From IMG/VR virus record IMGVR_UViG_3300049172_000212, positions 1 to 60,790 of that record: a stretch of DNA of 60,790 nucleotides; one strand, given 5' to 3'. This stretch comes from a virus (Duplodnaviria > Caudoviricetes). How positions within the stretch are numbered: the first letter of the stretch is position 1; the number at the start of each line of letters is the position of its first letter. The position numbers and the translations under genes are program-made. The notes below the pieces were generated by a model that was not told the origin of the DNA, made no database searches, and saw nothing but the letters and a program-made list of their open reading frames with translations. Positions 1 to 9,153 of the stretch are shown here, piece after piece.

Positions 1-951
1 ATGAGTCGGAATCACGAGGGAGTCGTGCAGGTCCAGAGCGTTCCACGTATAATTCTAGGCGACGCTGGAGAGCAGTTACGCCACATGCCGTCAGAGAGCG
101 CGGACCTAGTCATATGCTCGCCGCCATACAACATCGGGAAGATCTACGAACGCGATCGTCGCCTGACGCTGCCAGAATATCTGGAGTGGCAGACCACCAT
201 AGTGGACGCCATATCAATGATCTTGAAGTCCAGTGGAAGCGTTTGTTGGCAAGTCGGTAACTATATCAGGGATGGCGCTCTCGTTCCTTTGGATATACCG
301 TTCTACGAGATCTTCAGCTCCAGAGGATTCAAGCTCAGAAATCGAATTATCTGGCGGTTCAATTTCGGTCGAAATCCGGACCGTCGGTTTTCAGGACGGT
401 ATGAGACGATCCTTTGGTTTACGAAAAGCGATAACTACAAGTTTAACCTTGACCCAGTGCGAGTTCCGCAACTGTACCCGGGCAAGAGGCACTCAAAGTC
501 CAAGGGACCCACAGCTGGCCAACCTAGTGGCAATCCGCTGGGCAAAAATCCTTCTGATTACTGGGAATTCTCAGCCGAGCGCGATTTCATCGACAACCCT
601 GTTTGGGACATTCCCAACGTGAAAGCGGCTCATCCTGAGAAGACAGACCATCCATGCCAATTTCCAATCGAACTGGCAGAGCGCTGCATCCTCGCCCTAA
701 CTGATCCAAATGATATCGTGGTGGATCCTTTCGTTGGTTCAGGCGCGAGTATGATCGCGGCTGCCAAGCTCGGGAGGAAAGGCTTTGGTATCGACAAGGA
801 TGAGACTTTTGCCGGTTTGGCATCTGATAGGTTAGCGGCACTGACACGTGGCGAGTTAAAAATGCGACCTTCAGGGACACCCGTGAGGCGACCGGCGGAC
901 AACGAAAAAGTTGCGAAAGTGCCTGACGAGTGGCTTCGATTGATTGAATAA
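1..951 (+). CDS. Beta-class amino DNA methyltransferase (probably N4-cytosine; resembles M.BglII/M.BstYI family)
   Basis: Catalytic SPPY motif near the N-terminus, SAM-binding DPFVGSG near the C-terminus, HPCQFP motif. Confidence 0.92.
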   Translation: MSRNHEGVVQVQSVPRIILGDAGEQLRHMPSESADLVICSPPYNIGKIYERDRRLTLPEYLEWQTTIVDAISMILKSSGSVCWQVGNYIRDGALVPLDIPFYEIFSSRGFKLRNRIIWRFNFGRNPDRRFSGRYETILWFTKSDNYKFNLDPVRVPQLYPGKRHSKSKGPTAGQPSGNPLGKNPSDYWEFSAERDFIDNPVWDIPNVKAAHPEKTDHPCQFPIELAERCILALTDPNDIVVDPFVGSGASMIAAAKLGRKGFGIDKDETFAGLASDRLAALTRGELKMRPSGTPVRRPADNEKVAKVPDEWLRLIE

Positions 952-959
952 GGTGTGAG

Positions 960-2696
960 ATGGCCGGGGGAAAAAAGGGCAAATCTAGTAAACCAAAAAA
1001 GTCTGCAGAGGAACGAAAGCAGGAACGGGTACAAAAGGCACATCGATCACTATGCGCGGGGGGATTTAGGAATGCGGGTTTCCTATCCGTGCCCGGCGCT
1101 TCGGAGAAGAACTTCACCTTTCAGGGAAGTACGACCGATTTCGATGACGTTTTCATTTATGAGAATATAATTGTTCTTTGCGAGTATACGACAAGTAGGC
1201 TGGATGAAATATCCACCCACCTGAAGAAAAAGAAGATAATTTACGACAAGATCTTAGACGATCGAAAGGCGTTCTTAGAATTTTTTTGCGCCCGGTTCCC
1301 GACCTTGGGAGGGGCGCTCGGCAAGAAATATAGCGTCCACCAACTGCGCATTGTAATCGTATACTGTTCTTTGCGTGGGGTGAAGGCAGATACGAAGCTA
1401 GAAGTGCCTAGGTTGATTTATTATGACTATAATGTCGCGCATTACTTCAGCATTGTAAGCAAATCTTTGAAGCGATCTGCAAGATTCGAGTTATTTGATT
1501 TTTTTGGCCTTGAATCGAAAGAGGTTGGCGACAATGTCCTTTCTGCAAAGGATGGTACTTCAACTTACCCTGGATCTATCCTGCCAGAGTCCCACTCTAA
1601 TTTCGGTACAGACTTCAAGGTTGTTTCCTTCTACGTAGATCCTCAAGCGCTGTTGCAGCGATCATATGTGCTGCGGAAATATGGTTGGCGAGCTGGCGGG
1701 TCTGTGTATCAGCGGATGATATCGAACACCAAGGTTGCCGCCGTTCGCAAGTATCTTCGAGAGCATAGACGCGTTTTCATAAACAACATCATCGTCACTC
1801 TTCCCGACGACACGAGGCTGCTAGATAAGGAAGGGTACACTCTAGATCCCAAACTACTCCAGGACACCCAACCGGGCCGCATACAAATTCCAGATAGGTT
1901 CAACACCATCGGTATCATCGACGGGCAGCACCGGGTGTTCTCCTATCACGAAGGCGGGCTCTATGATGACGACATATCTGTCCTGAGAGCCCAGCAAAAT
2001 CTTTTGGTGACGGGGATCGTGTTTCCTAAAGGTATGGTGGGTGCAGATCGCCTGAAGTTTGAAGCCCGACTCTTTCTGGAAATTAACGCCAACCAAACAA
2101 ACGCGCGGTCCGACCTGAAGCAAGAAATCGCTTTAGTCATCAATCCGTTTGCACCGGAATCGATTGCAAAGAGGGTCGTGAATTTTATCAACGAAGGCGG
2201 CGGTCCCCTGTCAGATGAGTTCGAACGATACTTTTTTGAGAAGCAGAAATTGAAGACGACCAGCGTAGTATCATTCGCCGTTAAACCGCTTACCAACCCC
2301 CAAACTAAGCAGTCATTGTTCCCGCTATGGCAGAATCCAGAAAAGGATCGCATGACAAACAACGAGGACTCAAACCTCCTCGATAGTTACGTCACGTTTT
2401 GTGGTGGGGAAATAAACAAGGTGTTTTCAGCGGTGAAGCACAACCTTCCAAAGGAGCGATGGACTGCGGATCGGAAAGTAGCAGGCGCTTTCCTAACGAC
2501 TACGAACGTGAATGGCGTCCTGGCTTGTCTGCGCAAAATTGCTGTTTCTGGAAAGACATTCTCGTTTGATGAGTACAGAGAAAAGCTGTCCGGACTCTCT
2601 GATTTCAAATTTGAGATTTACCGTTCAAGCCAATACAACCGCATGGGCGATAAGCTTTACTCCGAATTCTTTTCTGACATCCCGAAGGACATCTAA
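960..2696 (+). CDS. DGQHR (DndB/ParB-like) domain protein with possible N-terminal PD-(D/E)XK-like domain
   Basis: IIDGQHR, YQRM, FINNII and FLEINANQ motifs; N-terminal DFDDVFIYENIIVLCEYTT. Confidence 0.85.
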   Translation: MAGGKKGKSSKPKKSAEERKQERVQKAHRSLCAGGFRNAGFLSVPGASEKNFTFQGSTTDFDDVFIYENIIVLCEYTTSRLDEISTHLKKKKIIYDKILDDRKAFLEFFCARFPTLGGALGKKYSVHQLRIVIVYCSLRGVKADTKLEVPRLIYYDYNVAHYFSIVSKSLKRSARFELFDFFGLESKEVGDNVLSAKDGTSTYPGSILPESHSNFGTDFKVVSFYVDPQALLQRSYVLRKYGWRAGGSVYQRMISNTKVAAVRKYLREHRRVFINNIIVTLPDDTRLLDKEGYTLDPKLLQDTQPGRIQIPDRFNTIGIIDGQHRVFSYHEGGLYDDDISVLRAQQNLLVTGIVFPKGMVGADRLKFEARLFLEINANQTNARSDLKQEIALVINPFAPESIAKRVVNFINEGGGPLSDEFERYFFEKQKLKTTSVVSFAVKPLTNPQTKQSLFPLWQNPEKDRMTNNEDSNLLDSYVTFCGGEINKVFSAVKHNLPKERWTADRKVAGAFLTTTNVNGVLACLRKIAVSGKTFSFDEYREKLSGLSDFKFEIYRSSQYNRMGDKLYSEFFSDIPKDI

Positions 2697-2749
2697 GTTC
2701 GAATGGTGTACGGTCAGAGTGACAGGACAGGAAATAGATAGGAGGCAAC

Positions 2750-3070
2750 ATGTCTGGAATTGTTGAGAATGAGGAAAAACGAAAGGAGGAGGTGGAGTTC
2801 AACAGTTTTCTAGAAGAATTGGTAAAAACCGGAGATCTTAGAGGCACTGCTGCGGAAGGAATAGCCAAGTACATCTTGGCAGAGGGAAAAGAAAAACTCT
2901 CCGAAAAACAAAAGTTCGTTTTCGAGCCGGATATCCTAAAAAAATTCTCTGCAACATGCGAAGAATGTTATCAATCTATACCTTGGTCCGAAGCGTATGA
3001 GTTCTACCATTCGCCCGGTCGCTGCGCGGCCTGCCAAGTAAGATATGAAGAATATATGAGCAAAGATTGA
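2750..3070 (+). CDS. Small Zn-finger hypothetical protein
   Basis: GGAGG RBS; CEEC...CAAC. Confidence 0.75.
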   Translation: MSGIVENEEKRKEEVEFNSFLEELVKTGDLRGTAAEGIAKYILAEGKEKLSEKQKFVFEPDILKKFSATCEECYQSIPWSEAYEFYHSPGRCAACQVRYEEYMSKD

Positions 3071-3220
3071 CTGACCTACAGGTCCTGCCAAATTCCAGAA
3101 CTTGTTACGTGAAGTCGCCCGCGGCGCCCCATAGAGAGAGCAGCAATTCTCGTGGCAGGCCGATACCGGTTGGGCCTGATCGCTGCGGCCACCATGTAAG
3201 CCGATAGCGTTCCACCGCAT

Positions 3221-3341
3221 CATCAGTATCCCGCAGCCCCTTGATCGAAGGGTGCCTAAGCTTCCCGTAATTCGTCCAGGCTCCGTATTCGATCTCAGCG
3301 ACGAAAGCCGGGCCTTCGTTTGGCAGTCGCCCGTTCATCAA
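3221..3341 (-). pseudogene. C-terminal OB-domain remnant of an ATP-dependent DNA ligase (LigD/LigC type)
   Basis: VAEIEYGAWTNYGKLRHPSIKGLRD with no catalytic domain upstream. Confidence 0.75.
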
Positions 3342-3371
3342 AGCTCAAAAGAATCCTCGTTGACTCTCGCG

Positions 3372-3393
3372 TTGACGAGAACATAATAAGAAC
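3372..3393 (+). promoter_or_regulatory. Promoter with alphaproteobacterial LexA box
   Basis: TTGAC at 3372; GAAC-ATAATAA-GAAC at 3379-3393, upstream of the SRAP cluster. Confidence 0.75.
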
Positions 3394-3415
3394 ACCTCGG
3401 CCGCAATGAAGGCGG

Positions 3416-3435
3416 CTATCCACATATTATCCACA
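3416..3435 (+). promoter_or_regulatory. Tandem DnaA boxes
   Basis: CTATCCACA (3416-3424) and perfect TTATCCACA (3427-3435). Confidence 0.6.
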
Positions 3436-3738
3436 GCTTAAGAACGCGCTTCGGCGCGAAGGAGAAGTCATGCCTGCATCTCATGGAGCTTTAAAATGAT
3501 CCGGTTTGCGCCATCCTCGCAGCCCGCCCCTCTAGAACCGATCAAGGCCATTCGATCACCGGCCGTGACGGTGGAAGCAGCCGAGACCACACCTGCGTTG
3601 GAGCTGACGGCAACGCCCGCCACCGCTGATCGCCCGAAACCTGTGAAGCGACGCGCCAGTAAGAAGAAATTGGCCGCCGAAGCCACGCCGCAACTAGCTC
3701 TGGACGCTTGATAGGGTCGCCGAAAGAAAGGACCAGTC

Positions 3739-4089
3739 ATGCCCATAGAAATTGATGACGGAACCAGGCATCTCGGCGAGCCGATTTGCGCTGCCTGCGG
3801 CGGTGGTTTGGAGTACGACGGCGGCGCTCCTTCGCCCGAAGATATCGTGTCTTGCGACAATCCGAAGTGCGGACGATTGGCAATCTATGCTGACGTCGCC
3901 GCAGACTGCGAAGCTTGGTATGCCGAATACACGGATTTCTACATGCAGCAGATGGCCTTCGGCGGCATCACCCCGCAGGCTCTCGCAAGCTGGAAGCCGC
4001 AGGGAGAATATCGATTCGTCATGAAAATCGTCGGTGTCGGCAAGGAGGAGGATTTCGCGTCATGCAATCCAGTCCGGCTGAACTATTGA
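3739..4089 (+). CDS. Zn-ribbon hypothetical protein
   Basis: AAGGA RBS; CAAC...CDNPKC. Confidence 0.6.
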   Translation: MPIEIDDGTRHLGEPICAACGGGLEYDGGAPSPEDIVSCDNPKCGRLAIYADVAADCEAWYAEYTDFYMQQMAFGGITPQALASWKPQGEYRFVMKIVGVGKEEDFASCNPVRLNY

Positions 4090-4268
4090 GCGAACAACCT
4101 GAGGCCGATGTCGAGGCGGTGCTCGCCTGGCACGATGGTGACGCGAGAGCAGCGATCGAGACATTGCTGAAGGATTGCCGGTACCTGCGCCAGCAACTGG
4201 TTCTGACCGAAGCCTCAAGCAGCGCGGGCTTTACCCGCGGATGGCGCCCGGCATACGAGCGGCCCTGA
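4086..4268 (+). CDS. Small hypothetical protein of rhizobial SRAP clusters
   Basis: TTG start overlapping the upstream stop; VLAWHDGDARAAIETLL...AGFTRG. Confidence 0.65.
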   Translation: MSEQPEADVEAVLAWHDGDARAAIETLLKDCRYLRQQLVLTEASSSAGFTRGWRPAYERP

Positions 4269-4759
4269 TGCCTGCACGTTCAAAACAGGCGGTTACGCTG
4301 TCCGATTACACGGGCAAGAAGGTTTCCGTGATCTGCGAAGGGTGCGAGATCCTTCGCCATTTCGACAGCGGCGACCTGCACGCAGAACACGGAGATGTCA
4401 GCATGCCAGGTCTGCTCGCAAGTCTCGCAACAGCTGTTGGATGCGAGCGGTCAACGACGGGGTTCTACGATCGCTGCAAATTAACCTACTACTTTACCCA
4501 CAAAGAATGGTGCGAGAGAGCGGGCTGCGTCACCCAGGATGAGTATCAGATTGCGCTGGGGAAGCGCCTGGCGGACCTGAAGGAGTGGGAAACCCTTAAC
4601 GCGCGGTGCCAATGTGGTCGACGTGGGCGCCTGAGCAGGAAAACGCTTGAGCGAAGATATGGCTCGGAGGCTCGCATCAAGGATCTTGCACCTAAGCTCC
4701 TTTGCCAAGACTGCAAGAAATACAATAGCGTTATCGAAATATCGTCTCTGCCAAGGTGA
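4268..4759 (+). CDS. Two-domain Zn-binding hypothetical protein
   Basis: TGATG coupling; CEGC, CQCG, CQDC. Confidence 0.7.
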   Translation: MPARSKQAVTLSDYTGKKVSVICEGCEILRHFDSGDLHAEHGDVSMPGLLASLATAVGCERSTTGFYDRCKLTYYFTHKEWCERAGCVTQDEYQIALGKRLADLKEWETLNARCQCGRRGRLSRKTLERRYGSEARIKDLAPKLLCQDCKKYNSVIEISSLPR

Positions 4760-4767
4760 ACCCTGCC

Positions 4768-5520
4768 ATGTGCAACCTGTACAACGTCACCACCAACCAG
4801 GAAGCGATCCGAGGCATCGCAAAGTCGTTCGACCGGTTAGGCAACCTCCAGCCGTCGCTTGATATCTATCCCGATCAGATGGCGCCGGTGGTGCGGAACA
4901 TTGACGGTGATCGCGAAGCAGCCTGGCTACGGTGGGGAATGCCCAGTTCTCAGAAAGCCATTCTCGAGGCAGCAACCAAGCGCGCCGACAAGCTACGAGC
5001 TAAAGGCAAGCAGTTCGACTTCAACGAGCTGCTGAAAATGGAGCCGGACGGCGGCACCACGAACATCCGAAACACCAACAGCCAGCATTGGAAGCGGTGG
5101 CTTGGAGTGGAGAATCGGTGCGTGGTGCCGGTGACGCGGTTTGCCGAACCGGACCCGCTCAGCAAGGTCGAAGGAGGAAGAACCCCGAATGCCTGGTTTG
5201 CCGGCGACGAGACGGAGCCACTGATGTTCTTCGCGGGCCTTTGGGTCCGCGATTGGCAATGCGTTCGAAAGGTCAAGGAAGGCCTTATCACCTGCGACCT
5301 CTTTGCCTTCCTGACAACGGAGCCGAACAGCGTCGTCGGGCCGATTCATCCGAAGGCCATGCCGGTGATCCTGAAGACCGAGGATGAGGTCGAGGCGTGG
5401 CTAACCGCTCCATGGGAGGAAGCGAAAGCACTTCAGCGCCCCCTGCCCGATGATCAGCTTGTGCTGCGACCAACGGTCGAGGCTAAGCAAGAGGAAGACA
5501 TGGAGCCGACGCTTCTATGA
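4768..5520 (+). CDS. SOS response-associated peptidase (SRAP/YedK/HMCES family)
   Basis: N-terminal MCNLY with catalytic Cys2, RWGMP, LTTEPN...IHPKAMPVIL. Confidence 0.93.
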   Translation: MCNLYNVTTNQEAIRGIAKSFDRLGNLQPSLDIYPDQMAPVVRNIDGDREAAWLRWGMPSSQKAILEAATKRADKLRAKGKQFDFNELLKMEPDGGTTNIRNTNSQHWKRWLGVENRCVVPVTRFAEPDPLSKVEGGRTPNAWFAGDETEPLMFFAGLWVRDWQCVRKVKEGLITCDLFAFLTTEPNSVVGPIHPKAMPVILKTEDEVEAWLTAPWEEAKALQRPLPDDQLVLRPTVEAKQEEDMEPTLL

Positions 5521-5560
5521 GCGATGAAGGGATATGTCGCGTCCGTGGCGCCGGGATAGG

Positions 5561-5809
5561 TCAAATACCGTTGGGAAACCAGATGCCGCGAATGGCATAG
5601 TTGCCAGCATTGGGAAGGACGTGGTTCTTTTCGATGTCATCGAACTTAATCTGAGTGATCGTTTCCACGTCAGCGACGTGCACGGACGTGTAAGAGTTCG
5701 ACTGCAGTATCCTCCAAACATCGTCGGCGTCCTTAGCAGTGACCCCGCATCCGAGCCGGAAGAGCATTCCGGAGTAATTCGGAGCGAATTTGACCCAAAA
5801 CATTTTCAT
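5561..5809 (-). CDS. Hypothetical protein
   Basis: Protein-like 82-aa ORF. Confidence 0.55.
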   Translation of the reverse strand: MKMFWVKFAPNYSGMLFRLGCGVTAKDADDVWRILQSNSYTSVHVADVETITQIKFDDIEKNHVLPNAGNYAIRGIWFPNGI

Positions 5810-5871
5810 GCTTCACCTGGTGCAAGTTGCATAGCGATGCGGGCGCTGGGTTGGCGAGGTTGAGGCATCGA

Positions 5872-6150
5872 TCATCCGTCCCAACTACCCCCGGGGAAGT
5901 GGCGTTTTTTATAGTACTGCTCGTAGAAAATCGTGCCGTGTATTCCCATGGCGTCCTTTTTGTCGATCCGTCTTCCCCACATCCCTGTGAAGATTGGATC
6001 GTAAAATGCTTTAGATGTCTCATCTGCGACAAGATCTTCAACGAACACGATTTCCCTATCGCCGAAAACTTGAATGAACTCATCGTCATTTAGCTGGAAG
6101 ACATCGTAGGTGCAGTTCTCGGCACCATCTATGATAAGCACGTTCTTCAT
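5872..6150 (-). CDS. Hypothetical protein
   Basis: MKNVLIIDGAENCTYDVF; globular composition. Confidence 0.6.
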   Translation of the reverse strand: MKNVLIIDGAENCTYDVFQLNDDEFIQVFGDREIVFVEDLVADETSKAFYDPIFTGMWGRRIDKKDAMGIHGTIFYEQYYKKRHFPGGSWDG

Positions 6151-6335
6151 TCGTTTAGCAGCTCGCAGTCTGAGAGCCCTTCCGAGCCGGTGTGATATCT
6201 TTGGCTGTTGTGCTGGAACACTACCGGCACCAACCGGGCCAAACTTACCTCGCGTCAATAGAAATCCCACGGCCGCAATCGTCAAGCCGCAAACGACGGC
6301 CTAGCCGGCAGCACTCGGGGCGTCCAGAGCTAAGA

Positions 6336-6971
6336 CTAGCTGCCGGCGGCCGAGAGCCGCTGCCGCTCCATCCGGTCTATCCGCTCCCGAAGGTCAAGCA
6401 GGATATCCCTAGCACCGTAGACGCTTCCCTGAGCCTGTTTCACCTCATCAAGTTGCCGCTGGATATCCGCGCGTTGTTCGTCGTAGCTGTTGAAGACCCG
6501 ATCGAGCTCCTTCCGAGGAACCTGCTCCTCCCGAAGTTCTTTAATCATTGCCTCGCTTCTCTGGCGGTCCTCGGCTCCCCTCGCCGTCCGCCATTCCATT
6601 TCCTTCTGCGTCACCATCCGCTCGGCGAGCATCGCCACCGAACCTTTAAGATCGGAGGTTGCCTCCCGGATCGGAAGATAGGCCAGGCCGCCAAGCATTG
6701 CCGCAAAGGTCAATGCTACGCCCAACGCTTGCCACTGGGGACGGCTTCTTTCTGCGAGATTGGCAGAGAGCGCGGCGACCGAAGTCCGCATCTCGCTTGC
6801 GAGCGTCGTCATCCCGTTTTCCATGGCCTTGAAGCCAGCGCGCATCTCCGCCTCGAGATCCGTCTGGCGCCGGCCAAGGTTGGTAACCCGCTCTCCGAGC
6901 TGCGCCGTGACGGCGTCCGTATATATGCGGTTCACGTCGTTTCCATTCGCCATATCGTCATTCCCTGCCAT
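6336..6971 (-). CDS. Coiled-coil single-TM phage protein (lysis-region type, holin/antiholin candidate)
   Basis: Central TM segment ALGVALTFAAMLGGLAYLPI between coiled coils; late-gene strand. Confidence 0.7.
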   Translation of the reverse strand: MAGNDDMANGNDVNRIYTDAVTAQLGERVTNLGRRQTDLEAEMRAGFKAMENGMTTLASEMRTSVAALSANLAERSRPQWQALGVALTFAAMLGGLAYLPIREATSDLKGSVAMLAERMVTQKEMEWRTARGAEDRQRSEAMIKELREEQVPRKELDRVFNSYDEQRADIQRQLDEVKQAQGSVYGARDILLDLRERIDRMERQRLSAAGS

Positions 6972-7159
6972 CAGTCCCCATGCCCTTCTTCAATCCGGTA
7001 TTTCATCAATGCGGCGAACGTGTCCAAATCGATCGACACCCTCACCATTCCCTTATCAACGCGGAATTTGACCGTTCCCCGATCGGTCTCTTCGACGTGA
7101 TAAATCTGCCCGCTGCAGCCCTTGTAGGACCGGCCCGGTTCAATCTGCTCTGAATTCAA
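6971..7159 (-). CDS. Small hypothetical protein
   Basis: GGAGG RBS, TTG start, stop coupled to the next ATG. Confidence 0.55.
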   Translation of the reverse strand: MNSEQIEPGRSYKGCSGQIYHVEETDRGTVKFRVDKGMVRVSIDLDTFAALMKYRIEEGHGD

Positions 7160-7174
7160 GGTATCCTCCCCTCC

Positions 7175-7378
7175 ATGATCTGCCGCCGCTGTAGAGACAA
7201 AGGATGGGTATGTGAGGAGCATCCCGATCGGCCTTGGACGGGGACGCATGGGTGCGGCTGCGGGGCAGCCGGGATGCCCTGCCCCGGATGTTCTGCGCAA
7301 TCCGCCTGGGATAAACACCCGGACGTTTCGAGGGTGTTTAAATCGGTCACGGACGTGGCCGGGAAGAAGGTCAACTGA
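7175..7378 (+). CDS. Small Cys-rich Zn-finger protein
   Basis: CRRC..GWVCEEH..CGCG..CPGC. Confidence 0.6.
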   Translation: MICRRCRDKGWVCEEHPDRPWTGTHGCGCGAAGMPCPGCSAQSAWDKHPDVSRVFKSVTDVAGKKVN

Positions 7379-7496
7379 CCCCGCCGGAGGAAAGCCGACG
7401 TCATCGGCCGCTTTAGATCGTTCGATCTATGTCACGGAAATGTCACGCTAAATGCTATTTCGTGTCTGCTAAAAGGACCTCGCCAAACAGACTGTT

Positions 7497-7537
7497 GGCG
7501 GGCCGGGACGGGAAAAACGGACTGGCCCGCCCTTTTT
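7497..7537 (+). terminator. Intrinsic terminator
   Basis: GGCGGGCC...GGCCCGCC followed by a T run. Confidence 0.6.
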
Positions 7538-7606
7538 GTTACTGTACTGCGTTGGCAGTGGGGTTCGCGTCCTGGCGGACCGGCGCGGACCCCATCCAGT
7601 AGACCC

Positions 7607-7684
7607 TCAAACGAACATCCCGATTATCGCAACGGCGAATACCAGCGCCACAATACCTAGCACGGTAATCGATATTATTTTCAT
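7607..7684 (-). CDS. 25-aa single-TM peptide (not in the ORF track)
   Basis: MKIISITVLGIVALVFAVAIIGMFV; AAGGT RBS; EcfG-type promoter upstream. Confidence 0.6.
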   Translation of the reverse strand: MKIISITVLGIVALVFAVAIIGMFV

Positions 7685-7713
7685 GACCGCACCTTCAGGG
7701 GTTTCGCCTTTCG

Positions 7714-7738
7714 AACCACGATGATCATCCACAGTTCC
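7714..7738 (-). promoter_or_regulatory. EcfG/RpoE2-type promoter
   Basis: GGAAC-N17-GTT. Confidence 0.6.
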
Positions 7739-7906
7739 AGGTCGGCTCAGGACTTGAGGAAATGGGATCAGGTGGCCGGGAAGAGGTAAACCGACCCTGT
7801 CGATCGAGATGACGGTGAACTTAGGTAAAAACCCACGGCATTCTACGGGTTACAGCGATGTCTTTCCGCGATAGGAATCGCGCCCATCGACAGCCGATGA
7901 GACGTT

Positions 7907-8254
7907 ATGCCGAACGAATTCGAAGATCTCGCGGAGGCGCTGGTTTACACGCTGAACGTCATCGTGTCGGTCAGCGATGACGGCAGACGCAGGATCGCCG
8001 CTGCCTATCATGAGGCTCGACAACTAGCCGCGGGGATCGATTTCGACAATGGCGATGCGCGCCCCCGCATCGTGGCGTGCATCGAGAGGTTCAGGTTACT
8101 TCAAACCGCCGGAAACATCGAAGCCGCCGGGTGGATGCTAACCGCGCTTGAGGAGCGGATTGCGGAGCGTAATTTGCCAAACTGGAGGAAACTGCGATCG
8201 GTGGCAAAGAAAGCAGCAGAGTTTCTCCCGCCGCCTCAAAACAGATTGCACTAA
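7907..8254 (+). CDS. Hypothetical protein
   Basis: 115-aa helical ORF. Confidence 0.6.
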   Translation: MPNEFEDLAEALVYTLNVIVSVSDDGRRRIAAAYHEARQLAAGIDFDNGDARPRIVACIERFRLLQTAGNIEAAGWMLTALEERIAERNLPNWRKLRSVAKKAAEFLPPPQNRLH

Positions 8255-8258
8255 ACAG

Positions 8259-8489
8259 TCAGATGCCGTTGCTGCTCCATAGTGCCTGGATCTTTGTTTT
8301 CACTCGTTCTGTATAGTCAACGTCGCTGCAAAATATCCCATGCATCGAGCTGTGATCCTCCGCCGCTGCGCCGAGGATTGTAAAGCCAACGATCGGCAAC
8401 GTGCTGATAATCAAGGTGAACAAGAATATGCTGCATGCCCTCTCGATTCTGCCAACTTCGATTTGATTTCCGCTGTCCCGTTGCATCAT
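8259..8489 (-). CDS. Small membrane protein
   Basis: One TM segment; GGAG RBS. Confidence 0.45.
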   Translation of the reverse strand: MMQRDSGNQIEVGRIERACSIFLFTLIISTLPIVGFTILGAAAEDHSSMHGIFCSDVDYTERVKTKIQALWSSNGI

Positions 8490-8858
8490 GCGACGTCTCT
8501 CCCAAGCCTATCGAATTAGATCGGCCGATTCGGTAATCGAGTCGAGTATCTTCGCTTGCTGGGGCGGAGCTGTTCGCATCGAAAACGTAAATAGTGCGAA
8601 CGCATCCCGGTCACGGGTTACAGAGAAGGTTTGTTCAAAACGATCCGTCTCTCCACCTCGGGTGCGAAGCACATTAGCGCCTAAGCGATCCTCCTCTGAG
8701 ACACAGACCGCGGGTTCAGTGACATACCTCAGCGAAGTCGCTGGATTTCACTGGACATTGCGGTTAGCAAGGCGCAGCCTGCTTTTAGCGATGACAGTTG
8801 CCCCGGGCGCCGTCGCGTGAGCACACAGCTTCCGCCCATACCAGGTCGGAGGTGGCCC

Positions 8859-9110
8859 ATGCCAAGATACTTCTTTCACACAAAAGACGGCAGAATGGCC
8901 GTTGATCACGAGGGTCTCGTGCTCGGCAGCGAGGACGAGGCGCGTATCGAAGCCATGCAGGGCGCGAGTGAGATGTTGATTGATAACGACATGAGCCTCT
9001 GGTTGGGAAACACGTGGATCATGACAGTGGTTGATGAAGAGGGTACCATTCTCTTCAACCTAAACTTCTCGATCGACCGACCGAAACGTCCAGAGTTGGC
9101 GCTTCAGTGA
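8859..9110 (+). CDS. DUF6894-type small protein
   Basis: MPRYFFH...DHEGLVL...EARIEA; GGAGG RBS. Confidence 0.75.
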   Translation: MPRYFFHTKDGRMAVDHEGLVLGSEDEARIEAMQGASEMLIDNDMSLWLGNTWIMTVVDEEGTILFNLNFSIDRPKRPELALQ

Positions 9111-9153
9111 AGTATCCCACACTTGGGCGGTTCAGTGGTCGAGGGGAAACGGT

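Larger units (their letters stand above)
7355..7797 (+). repeat. Imperfect 26-27 bp direct repeat pair (7355-7381, 7772-7797)
   Basis: GTGGCCGGGAAGAAGGTCAACTGACCC vs GTGGCCGGGAAGAGGTAAACCGACCC. Confidence 0.75.

Noticed and set aside
960-2696. Dnd phosphorothioation or Dpd cluster
   Set aside because: Only the DGQHR domain is present; no DndC/D/E or DpdA-like genes in the window
6192-7100. 302-aa + strand ORF
   Set aside because: Antisense shadow of the 6336-6971 gene with non-protein-like composition
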